NCBI RefSeq assembly: GCF_947568905.1
Contig: NC_079169.1
Coordinates: 87,544,001 to 87,608,000 of the forward strand
DNA length: 64,000 bases
Direction of reading: 5' to 3'
From: Ostrea edulis
Taxonomy: Eukaryota
Position 1 is the first letter of the stretch. Each line of letters opens with the position of its first letter. The translations under genes were made by a program, and so were the position numbers. Below the pieces are notes generated by a model, which was not told the DNA's origin, searched no databases, and saw only the letters and a list, made by a program, of their open reading frames with translations. Positions 12,175-23,804 of the stretch are shown here, one piece after another.

Positions 12175-13935
12175 GTATGCCTGTTGATTGTCTTATCTCA
12201 ATCTGTACGACAGTTGATTATCTTATCTCAATCTGTATGACTGTTGATTGTCTTATCTCAATCTGTATGACTGTTGATTGTCTTATCTCAATCTGTATGA
12301 CTGTTGATTATCTTATCTCAATCTGTATGACTGTTGATTGTCTTATCTCAATCTGTATGATTGTTGGTTGTCTTATCTCAATCTGTATGACTGTTGATTG
12401 TCTTATCTCAATCTGTATGACTGATGATTGTCTTATCTCAATATGTATGACTGTTGATTGTCTTATCTCAATCTGTATGACTGTTGATTGTCTTATCTCA
12501 ATTTGTATGATTGTTGGTTGTCTTATCTCATTCTCTATGACTGTTGATTGTGTTATCTCATTCTGTTTGACAGTTGATTGTCTTATCTCAATCTGTATGA
12601 CTGTTGATTATCTTGTCTCAAACTGTATGACAGTTGAGTATTTTGTCTCAATCTCTATTACTGTTGATTATCTTGTCTCAATCTCTATGAAAGTTGATTG
12701 TCTTATCTCAATCTGTATGATTGTTGATTGTCTTATCTCATTCTGTATGATAGATTATTGTCTTATCTCAATCTATATGCCTGTTGATTGTCTTATCTCA
12801 TTCTGTATGACAGTTGATTGTCTTATCTCAATATGTAGGATTGTTGATTGTCTTATCTCATTCTGTATGACAGTTGAATGTCTTGTCTCAATTTGTATGA
12901 CTGTTGATTATCTTGTCTCAAACTGTATGATAGTTGATTATCTTGTCTCAATTTCTATGACTATTGATTATCTTGTCTCAATCTGTATGACAGTTGATTG
13001 TGTCTTATCTCAATCTGTATAACAGTTGATTATCTTATCTCAATCTGTATGACAGTTGATTATCTTGTCTCAATCTATATGACAGTTGATTGTCTTATCT
13101 CAATCTGTATGACTGTTGTCTTATCTCATTATGTATGACTGTTGATTATCTGGTCTCAATCTTTATGACAGTTGATTATCTTGTCTCAATCTGTATGACT
13201 GTTGATTATTTTGTCTCAATTTGTATGACATTTGATTATCTTGTCTCAATCTGTATGATAGTTGATTGTCTTATCTCAATCTGTATGACTGTTAATTGTC
13301 TTATCTCATTATGTATGACTGTTGAATATCTTATCTCAATATTTATGACAGTTGATTATATTGTCTCAATCTGTGTGACAGTTGATTATCTTGTCTCAAT
13401 CTGTATGACAGTTGATTATCTTATCTCATTCTGTATGACAGTTGATTATCTTGTCTCAATCTGTATGACAGTTGATTATATTGTCTCAATCTGTATGACA
13501 GTTGATTATCTTGTCTCAATCTGTGTGACAGTTGATTATTTTGTCTCATTCTGTATGACAGTTGATTATCTTATCTCATTCTGTACGAGAGTTGATTATT
13601 TTGTCTCATTCTCTTTGAGAGTTGATTATTTTGTCTCATTCTGTATGAGAGTTGATTATTTTGTCTCATTCTGTATGCCTGTTGATTATCTTATCTCATT
13701 CTGTACGAGAGTTGATTATTTTGTCTCATTCTCTTTGAGAGTTGATTATTTTGTCTCATTCTGTATGCCTGTTGATTGTCTTATCTCAATCTGTTTGACA
13801 GTTGATTGTCTTATCTCAATCTGTATGACTGTTGATTTTCTTATCTCATTCTGTATAACAGTTGATTGTCTTGTCTCAATCTGTACGACAGTTGAATGTC
13901 TGCTCTTAATTTCTATGACAGTCGATTATCGTGTG
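12175..13935. repeat. 30-bp satellite array, arm2 (~58 units)
   Basis: Reverse complement of the 6175-7859 array type. Confidence 0.95.
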
Positions 13936-14713
13936 TCAATATATATGCACTATCGAATTCCCATTGTCAATACGTATGAACTGTTGATTGCCTTCTCTCA
14001 GAATACATTTACTGTTAATTTGTAACAATTCTTCTTTACCTCTATTCAATCTTTATGAATCTTACTTAACTTCTAATCAGTTTGACTTTTCTATTTGAAT
14101 ACCCTTTTCAGCTATAATCATTCTTGAAAAGAATTGTTTTACATTATGTGAATAAATACCATATTTTTTAAAGATTTAGCAGACAAAAAATAAGATAATT
14201 TATTTGCACAGTATATACATATAACACTCAAAATACAATAATAATGCATTACTCTTTATCCAACAATCGGAATGTGAATCTCAGCAGCACTACAATACAA
14301 AGAAAACATGTGAATAGCTTTATTTATAAGCTGAAAGATGTGTATCACTTCTTAGAAACTCCTACAGAAATATTAACATGATTTTACGATGCAATAAAAC
14401 TTATAAAACAGCGATAATCCATGAAGTCGATATACATGTACCATGATAATTCACGGAATCCACATTGGTGTTCATGATGCTATGATGGAATAACAATCAT
14501 TATGTCCGACATCAAGCATTTAGAAAGAATAAAGCGATATAATGGTAAAGTTGGAACGATTTTAGTGAAAAGTAATATCCGGAATCAAAGCGTTGAAAAT
14601 TTTAATTCAGAGATGATAATTGTGTATTACTACAGATACAAGAAGCTGCTTTATTTCACCAGATTTATTCAAAAATATCAAACTTATATCGTCTGCAACT
14701 GCCTCCGACAAAA

Positions 14714-17700
14714 TTAAGAATCTGTAATCAACCTGGGGTACCTGTAAAATAATAGACTGAGATCGAGATATAGGGCTCACGGCGGGTGTGACCGGTTGAC
14801 ATGGGATGCTCACTATTTCAAGTAAGACGATATCAACATCATGAGATGTAAATGATACCAATATTTCCCTACATAAATCCTTGAAGGATGTAATATGAGA
14901 AAACAAAAGTGAAAACATACGGCATTTCGCAGATATACGTGTTCAGATCAGTGCAGGGGTCATCTGACCACGTCATGTCAAACCCTTGACCTGGATCGTT
15001 TCTAATGACAACACAATTTTCATTTCCCCATCGGTTGTTGGGCTGGTCGGGACCCCAGTTCAAATAAGTGGCATTCTGTCCAGAAGAAATCCATACAAAT
15101 TCGCCCTCGTTGACAATATCGTTGACACCAATATAGTAAGCATTAGATCCTGGAATGTAATGGAACGACAGAGTAGAGTACAATTATAGTTTTGAGTCGA
15201 TCTTAATGTATATCAATCACAAGGAAAAAGGTATCTGTTTTGGGTTGTGAATGGAGATGGACATACCGGAGTGCCTAATCAGGTTGGCCAGATAGTTTTG
15301 TGTGTTGGCGCTATCTATGGTGGCAATGGAGGCAGGTCTACGGTACTGGGCTCCTAGCATTTCACAGAGTATCTGCAAGAAAGCGATGACGTCATTCTAC
15401 ATGCATGAAGGCATTTATCAAGGACGATTATCTTTGAAATAATGTCTTTTGTAGAAAGAGAATAACGGATATTTACCAGAGCGTCCGAAAACGTCTCATT
15501 GTCTCTACTGAAGAAGTAACAGTTGTTCCTATGTCCAGACCAGTGTGCAGGACAGGCAGCGAACACTAGAAGAGAGTTCAGGGGCCCGTTTTACAAAAGG
15601 TCGTAAGTCTTAAAATTAGTCGTAAGACATAACTTACGATGAGAGACCGTTTTACAAAGATTTAGGATTTACGAGTTACGTTGAAATTCGACCTTAAGTC
15701 TACGACCGCCCGGGGGCGACCCTATGTCCCAAGTTTTGTCGTAAGTGCTCCATAAAATCTTTGTTACTATGGTTATTAAAATAATTCAACATGGCTGCAT
15801 TTCTAATGTTTAATGTTATGAATGAGACTCATAAAAAACGTGCGCTGTGGGTGTTTTGCGATAAAAATAATCCATTGGACTACTTCAATGATGTTGAGGT
15901 AGTCGAGAGGTATCGTTTACCCAGGCGGTATCTCTACGAGTTAACATATTTAGTGCGGGGAGACGTAGAGCATCCTACAAACCTAAGCAAGGCTGTACCA
16001 GCTGTTATTCAAGTACATGCCATGATTCATTATTGTCTGCACACATAAAGGCCTGTCCTGCCTCCTTTGTTTACTACAATGCGTCACCTCCTCTGATGAC
16101 TTCGTCACACAAAATGTGGTTACGTACTCGTATATCTCCGTCAGTGCGCAAATCAAACAAATGTAGCAAGTGTGTGCCATAAGACCCATTGCAATGTTTT
16201 ACAATGTTTGTATATTCCTGCATAGACCATACTTTTTCCAATGATCATGATGATGTTGACTACTTCAAGCATTTTTAAAAAGAATATGCATGTCATATCA
16301 GATCTTATTTCGACGCACCCATCCACACGTAGGCCTAGTTATGTACACCTATATTATACATGTATGCACTTACATGTACTAGGACATCATTTATTTGCAC
16401 GGTGTTATCCAATACCATGGTAGATTTATACCAATTATTAGCATGTATGAGAAAGACACTGTATTGGGAAAAATTGTGAGTGAATTAATCCCTAACCCTT
16501 TTCCACGTCCGCCCCCATCCATTGAATTATCAGTTAGGCCTATTAGTATGTTTGTAAATGTATTTCAAATGGAAAAATACATTGTGAGTGAATTAATTAA
16601 TTAATAACTACAGCCCCCCATTATACCAGTTATTAGTATTTATGAAAAAATAGACGGTGTTGCATTTTTTTTTAACTGTGATTGAATGCCCCCCCCCCCC
16701 TAACAAGTACCATCATCGATCATATTGCTTGTTATATAGCCATTAACGAACTGCAAAGATTCACCTTTCCGTCCTATATTAGACCACTTGATACAGCCAC
16801 GTACCTGTAGAATAATGATTTTATATCACCTAGTATATCATGTAGATTATAATACACAAGAATAACTCTTATCTAAAATCTAACTTTTAAAAAATCAAGT
16901 TAACTTCCTTGATATTGGAAATCTGTAATTAATATTAAGATAATTAGGAATATATATAATTTGAGATCAAATAATAAGTCTAATTATTCATATAATACGC
17001 ATGCATTAGCACAACTAACTTATAATTAGCAATCTGACCCCCCCCTCCCACCTTAGTCTTGTAACTCGAATATAAATACATGTGCATTTGTATATATGTA
17101 TGTAAAAACAAAATACTTGCTTATAACATACTATGCAGTAATTAAGAATTATTTATATGTACATGTATTGATCAGCTTCAAATGGTCAACATTCAATCAA
17201 CAGGTTTTGGCTACAGTCAGGTGCCTTACTACCCCCCCCCCCTTGATTTATTTTGGCGATATTTTCTTCAAAATGTGTGGATTCCCTGTCTATCCCATTC
17301 CAATTTAGATAGTCGTTTCACTGTTAGTATGAATTAGTAGCTTATTAATTAATGTATCAATTCAGATTGTATGCCAACAAGTTTGGTAAATCAATAGATT
17401 GAATTGAATAAATTTACTTCGCTTAATTAGCAATGCAAATATATAATTTAAAGTCAATTTGCTCCAATTTTCTTTCCTCCCCAGTGTCTGTGCGTCAAAC
17501 TGTCGGGTTTCCCGCGGTATCTATGTTCAATTCTACAACTTCATGCGCTGAAGAGTTCCATATACGACTTGCGACAAAAGAATTTACGATATACGATTAC
17601 GATACATTTTGTAAAACGGTCCTACGATCTGTCGTAAGTTCTTCAAATTTATGACTTAGGACTTAAAATTTACGACCTTTTGTAAAACGGGCCCCTGAAT

Positions 17701-17934
17701 TGTTAGTAGGCAGAACTGAAAATAAAATTCATTTATTTCTAATCTTTCTTAGTAATTTGAAAAAGCAAACACAAAAAATTATTAGTAAGCTGTGATCTCC
17801 AATTTCCCCAGTCCCTGTAATTTAAGCCCCTTTTTATTGCGGTAAAATGCTGATATTAATAATGGTACAATCAACATCCTTCTAAACGTACCTGTGGTCA
17901 GCGCTGCGAGAAAGATGAGGAGCTGGATATTCAT
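14714..17934 (-). CDS. C-type lectin type B, copy B2. Exons 17934-17892, 15565-15477, 15372-15267, 15149-14921, 14741-14714; Harbinger insertion in intron 1
   Basis: Same exon structure as B1 and open frame (HRNNC and IDSAN variants). Confidence 0.88.
15582..17694 (+). mobile_element. Non-autonomous PIF/Harbinger DNA transposon, 2113 bp
   Basis: TIR GGGCCCGTTTTACAAAAGGTCGTAA; flanks CAG and CTG at an original CAG site; ORF 15791-16048 resembles the HARBI1-type transposase N-terminus (VFCDKNNPLD...RYRLPR...QV). Confidence 0.88.
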
Positions 17935-19504
17935 TTTGGACGGTGGATTAATAATGATCTGCAGAGAAACCAATTTCTTGCTTTTATATAGTGGTGTAAT
18001 TTTGATAAGATTTTAGGTTCGTGAAGAAAGGTAAGAAAACAGAACATAATCAAACAGGACTATGTTGAAGGAGAAAGATCAAAATGTAGAACATTGTCAA
18101 GACGTCGTGTCCACTACCTATACGTGATGCACGTTTCAGATTATCTAGATATGCAATTCTTTCTCGTTAGTGGAAACTGAAATATCAAATATTTTAGTTC
18201 TCATGATTTGGTACACCGACTTTCACCCACGTACAAAGCAAATGATGCACTAGTAAATTTGTTTTAAAAAATACCAATTTATACCATGTAGAGTAGTGCA
18301 AATGCAAGGTGAAGATAACGAACAGTGATCAATCTCATAACTCCTACAAGCAATACAAATTAGATAGTTGGGCAAACACGGACCCCTGGACACACCAGAG
18401 GTGGGATCAGGTGCCTAGGAGGAGTAAGCATCCCCTGTTGACCGGTCACACCCGCCGTGAGCCCCAAATCCTGATCAGGTAAACAGAGTTATCCGCAGTC
18501 AAAATCAGTGTGACAAGAACGGCTTAACAATCGGTATGAAACACGTCAGGCAGCATTTGACCCAATGCGAGGTTGTATTGACGACCTAGATCGTTATAAC
18601 GACCATAGAATTTGCGAAATGCTGACTTCAATCGAGACTGTTGAAATCCCTGTACCATCAACTTGTTTGTCAGTAGCTTACCTCGATTTAAAAACTGACT
18701 ATACCCAGAATAATAAAATATCTTTAGACAAATAAAATTAACGAAATAGTCTGCATTACGTTTCTTAAGTAAAGGTGTGAAACATTATTCTGTTTCTGGG
18801 TTTTTATATCCACAAATACAACTCATCAACGTAAGATATGTTAAAGTCATGGAAACGGAATTAAATATCTAAATCTGATGCTTTTTACCTTAAGCTGGTG
18901 GTGCCTCTAATTCAGCAAAATATTCTCGCAGGTCGTACAACTGCAAACAGTGAATGACTGGGAGAGTTACGGTATGCTCACAGGGGTATCTAAATACAAG
19001 TATTACTGCGACACATTGTATATACTGATTATCAACTAGAAATTATAGAATAATTCATCAAGAAAGTTACATGATTTTCATTTCTTCATGCTGTGTACTT
19101 CGAAATTAATGTCCTACATTCATCCAAATCCACATGCATTGTTATATTTTTCATTCCGTATTGAATTCGCCGTAAAACCTTTATTGCTCCTGTAAAGAAA
19201 TCAAAATTGGGACCAAATTCCCCCAATATGTAATAATTATGATAAACAGTGTTATCATGTTTTCATGCAGTATACATTGATAATCTTCGTTTCCTTTCAC
19301 CCAATGTCGTGTAGTCAAATCTTACGCCTACTAAATTAAACGTGATGATTGTAAGGTCTTCATCCACCTAGGAGATGTGAATGGTGTTCTTCTTTAGGTT
19401 CTACATTATAACCTTTCTCTCCGTCACTTTTTATCAAAATCGCAGCACTATATAAGTGCACCAACTTGGTTTCTCTACAGATTACAAATAATCAACCGTC
19501 CAAA
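17935..19504. promoter_or_regulatory. Divergent promoter region B2/A2, containing a Naiad insertion
   Basis: TATA boxes at ~17982-17990 (minus) and 19449-19456 (plus). Confidence 0.65.
18304..18710 (-). mobile_element. 5'-truncated Naiad-type element in the arm2 promoter region
   Basis: Near-identical to 10325-10730; absent from the other three arms. Confidence 0.88.
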
Positions 19505-20476
19505 ATGAATATTCAGCTCCTCATCTTTCTCACAGCACTGACCACAGGTAAGTTTATTTGGATGCATATTCTATTCAAGTACTAAAGAATGGCAGAAACT
19601 GTTCTTTGATTTTAATCATTAGTGAATTTCATTTGAAGTACTCTACATTTTTCAAATATTCGGATTCTTGGAAAAGTTTCCTTTAGTTTCATTTGAGTTT
19701 CTGTTTCGGGAGGTGGGGTAGATGGTTTGTTTTCAGACCTACACATGTATGATTACATGATTTTAATCTTTGATTGAAGTATTCGCTGTTTGTCCCACTA
19801 ACTGGCGTGCACACAATGACAGATGTTTCTTCCTCAGCAAAGACAACGAGACGCTTGCCGGAGCATTGGTAAACATTCATTTCTCTGTCCTTACCTACAT
19901 TAAATCTACTCTAGAATCGTCATTCATGACATGTAACACAGATTGCAACAAATCTCAAAGCTGTAATTGATGACGTATAACACAGACTCTTCTTTTCCTT
20001 AAGAAACTCTGCCAAGCAATTGGTTCTCAGTATGGCAGGACTGCGTCTTTGGCCACAGTGGACGATGTCGCGACACAGAAATTTCTTGAAAACCCCGTCA
20101 AACAGTCTGGTTTGTGATTCCTCAATGTTTATTCCAAGAACAAATATTTCTATTTTAAAAAAATGTAATGTAATGCCCTTGTCAAAATGAAATATTTGAA
20201 ATTCCTATTTAAATTCACTTACATATTTATAACTTAATCTACATATTAGGATACAATGGTTTCTACATCGGTTTAACTGATATCGTCGAAGAAGACACAT
20301 TTGTTTGGATATCCTCCGGTAAAACTGCTACCTATACCAACTGGGGTACCATCCAGCCTAACAACAGATATGGAAACGAAAATTGTGTAGTCTTTCGAAA
20401 TGAACCAGGCTATGTAATGACGTGGACAGATGATCCTTGCACCGATCTCAACAATTATATATGTGAAATGGCGTAG
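19505..20476 (+). CDS. C-type lectin type A, copy A2. Exons 19505-19547, 19780-19868, 20004-20109, 20250-20476
   Basis: Open spliced frame; QPN and WTD motifs; GT-AG introns. Confidence 0.92.
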
Positions 20477-21489
20477 GTTTTATTCATTCTCTTCCATACC
20501 ACTAGTTTCATTTTGATGGAAGTCACCTGAGCTTAAGAAATGGGCTTGCTTTTCTGATCGAAGTAGTCCGCTCATCATTCTAATTCTCTTTCGTTGGTAT
20601 TTTATTTACTGTGTAAAAGGAATTTTCAGAATATTCTTCATTTCCTTTCTACAGACCACATTAGAAATTCAGACAAGCTAGGTACAACATGACCGCCGTT
20701 AAGGTCAATTCAGACCAAGGGAAATTTAAAGTGAAGTGGTAATAGGGTGATATTGAAGATGAAGCATTTAGATAAGATCCTTACAAATAAGAGGAGGGTG
20801 AAGTTGGTGTGTTAAAATAAGGATAAGATCAAATTGACGTATCAAGACGTCTACAAATTGAGAACAAGGGTTAGGTCATGAAAAGTTCGACTCAAATAAT
20901 GATGGAAGGAAATGATAACATGCCTGTATTGGGGACATAAGTATAGCAGAAGTCTCATTACTGTATCAGTAGATTTAATCCAGTAACTGTGGTGACCATT
21001 GGACATTAAATTATCATTTTATTGAACATATATCGTGATTTTCTGTTCCATAAATTTAAATTGTTGAAATGACATAGTGTTTCCGCTATTCTGTGATTAA
21101 TATCGTTCACCCAGATGTCGAAATTAGTCTTTATACTATGAATTTCATCAATTCTATTTGTTCTCTTGACATGTTGGTTGAATAATTTCCCAGTAGTATG
21201 TTAGATGATTAATATTTTAAACAACTAAATTAAGATCAATCTATATTACAGGCATCACGGTATACAAATGTGTACATTTGTTATCAAATTGCTTTAACAT
21301 TTGTGAGGTGTTAGCCATTTTTCATATTTCTGATTTAATTCTCCCCAAAAAATAATCATTGAAGGCAGTATTTGCTCCGTGTACACTCCTGTAATATTAC
21401 TGTTCTAGAACACTGAACGAAAGCTGGTTTTCACATCATATCTTTGACATTGTATCTTTTATGTTTGATTCTCTGGAGATCGTGACTTT

Positions 21490-21492
<3 letters not shown>

Positions 21493-21535
<43 letters not shown>
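21493..21535. repeat. (TA)n microsatellite, expanded in arm2
   Basis: Direct reading; the arm1 and arm3 equivalents are short. Confidence 0.95.
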
Positions 21536-21539
<4 letters not shown>

Positions 21540-21799
21540 TTGTGTGATAAATATACCAAAGTATATATAATTGCTGTGTTAATTCTATTGTTTTGTAGTG
21601 TTGCTGAGATTCACGTACGCCATGCTTTATAAAGACGTCCTTCCTCTAACTTGTATTCTGTGTTTTGAATGTGTTCAATAAACAATTAACAAATCAATTT
21701 ATTTTTTCTTCTTCAAATCAATTCAGTACTTCTTTACAAAATGGCAAAGATTTAAGAGAAGCTGAGTTTGAAATATTGTTGTAGATTATTTTGAGCATT

Positions 21800-22976
21800 G
21801 GGTCAAGGGATGCTTACGATATATCTTGCGCTATATCTTGATCAGGTAAACAGAGTGATCCGTAGTCAAAATCAGTGTGCCAAAACGGCCTATGAATGGT
21901 GTCAAACAAGTCAGATAGTGTTCACTTTACCCACATATCGTAGTTGTAAATTAGATCGTTATAACGACAATACAATTGCGAAATGCTGACTTTAAACGAG
22001 ATTATTGAAACCGCTACAACAAAAACCTACTTGTCAGTTGTCTGGCTCCATTTAAGAATTATCATACGCAGAACATGATCTTGTTTGTCGAACCAGTTGA
22101 AATACATAAATATCATATGCAGGTGATTTTGTAATATTCCTACATGATTACGGGAAGTTGCCCAACTATGTATTTTGTATTGCTTGTAGGAGTTATGAGA
22201 TTGATCACTGTTCGTTATCTTCACCTTTCATAGAGAAGCTGAAGTCATCTCGTTTGTTGAGTTGTTACATTGCTGTTTCCAATCAACTTCAATAAAATAT
22301 CCAAGTGGAAGCAGACGTAGAAGACTTTGTTGTGCTTCTTATTTCGAATTTACTGGGATAAATATATCCAATCAACATATGAATGAAAATGAGTATCATT
22401 AATAGATAAAACGTCGTCGATTTGTCTAAATGTGGAGTTGAAGGTCACAGCGATATGTTTTCTTCTCATGAAGAAGCTTTTGGATAGATTTGCCTTGTAA
22501 GAATGCAGAAACATGTCCGCTAGTGAAGGAGTACAATTCGTACCCATAGGAATTCCAACAGAGTGTTGGAAGACCTAGTAACCAAAGACTACTTAGATAC
22601 TGTCAACGAGGAACTCCAGCATATTCTTGATACATATATCAACTTCAGAGTACCTGTGCGTAGAATCAGAGTAGCATTAAACAAAGTAATTTTTAGGAAA
22701 CTGATCACAAGATATAAATATTTCCGTGTTCCATTTTTATTGACGACGCACTGTTTATGATGCCAAAGACCTCATTCTTTAATTTATTGTGAGGAATGGT
22801 GTAAAGTGTTGAAATGTCACTTTTCAATGTTATTGATTTGGGAAAATCTTTGTTATTTTAGGTTTGCTAAACGTTCCTTCAAATTTATTTAGAATCTGTA
22901 TTTGATATACGAGTATTACACTTCTCGAATATGTTGTGGCACATTTATTTTCCTCTTCACAGCAGTTAAAATGTAT
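21800..22976 (-). mobile_element. Decayed Naiad RT fragment, arm2 copy, with a younger 3' tail inserted at ~22166-22231
   Basis: ORF 22350-22547 (MGTNC...); reverse complement of 1-850 and 29400-30480. Confidence 0.85.
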
Positions 22977-23116
22977 NNNNNNNNNNNNNNNNNNNNNNNN
23001 NNNNNNNNNNNNNNNNNNNNNNNNNNNNNNNNNNNNNNNNNNNNNNNNNNNNNNNNNNNNNNNNNNNNNNNNNNNNNNNNNNNNNNNNNNNNNNNNNNNN
23101 NNNNNNNNNNNNNNNN
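22977..23116. other. Assembly gap (140 N)
   Basis: Run of N. Confidence 1.
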
Positions 23117-23334
23117 ACAACACCCGATACCTAAAAGTGTCGGCTCCACAACATGGATACAAGGTCAAATACAAAATATTTTGCTTTACAAAAAAGTGTT
23201 TATATATATATACATACCCGATCATGGTACAAACTCTCTAAACCATAGTCAGTAAACACGCTTTACAACGTAACCACCACCATTTTTATCACTCAGTACA
23301 ATAGTGTATCACTCTTCTCACCAATGTAGTTTAT

Positions 23335-23449
23335 CGATACTTGTTTTTGTGTGTTATTTGTTTGTGTAATTTATGTCTCTTGATAAAGACGCGGGTTGCG
23401 TCGAAAATTTGAGTTTTAAATAACCAACAGTGTCGTGGCCTTTTCAGTG

Positions 23450-23502
<53 letters not shown>
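23335..23502. repeat. ~120-bp dispersed repeat followed by (TA)n; second copy at 50580-50753
   Basis: atcgatacttg...gacgcgggttgcgtcgaaaatt...ttttcagtgctttta(ta)n occurs twice. Confidence 0.75.
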
Positions 23503-23504
<2 letters not shown>

Positions 23505-23584
23505 ATATTGCACAAAATGTCTATGGTATAGGAAATAAGTAAAAAAAATTATATCCAACGATGACTAAATACAAATGATGCTGT

Positions 23585-23743
23585 CTTGTCAGGATATAGG
23601 GCTCACGTCGGGTGTGACCAGTCGACAGAGGATGCTTAATCCTCCTAGGCACCTGATCCCACGTCTGGTGTATGCAGGGGTTCGTGTTTGCCCAACTATC
23701 TATTTTGTATTGCTTGTAGGGGTTATGAGATTGTTCACTGTTC

Positions 23744-23745
<2 letters not shown>
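23585..23745 (+). mobile_element. Naiad 3' UTR fragment, followed by (TA)n at 23746-23788
   Basis: ggatatagggctcacg...gattgttcactgttcgta matches the 3' tail consensus. Confidence 0.8.
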
Positions 23746-23792
<47 letters not shown>

Positions 23793-23804
23793 AAACATCT
23801 TTTG

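Larger units (their letters stand above)
9659..23203 (-). repeat. Segmental duplication arm2 (inverted), with extra TE insertions
   Basis: Reverse complement of arm1 and arm3, e.g. ORF 8692-9000(-) versus 10066(+), and identical ORFs 22563-22760(+) and 29620-29817(-). Confidence 0.93.

Noticed and set aside
23374-23412. Hammerhead-like motif cttgataaa-gacgcgggttgcgtc-gaaa (also 50625-50668)
   Set aside because: Stem II and GAAA are present, but the CUGANGA core has two mismatches and no convincing stem I exists. At most a dead relic.
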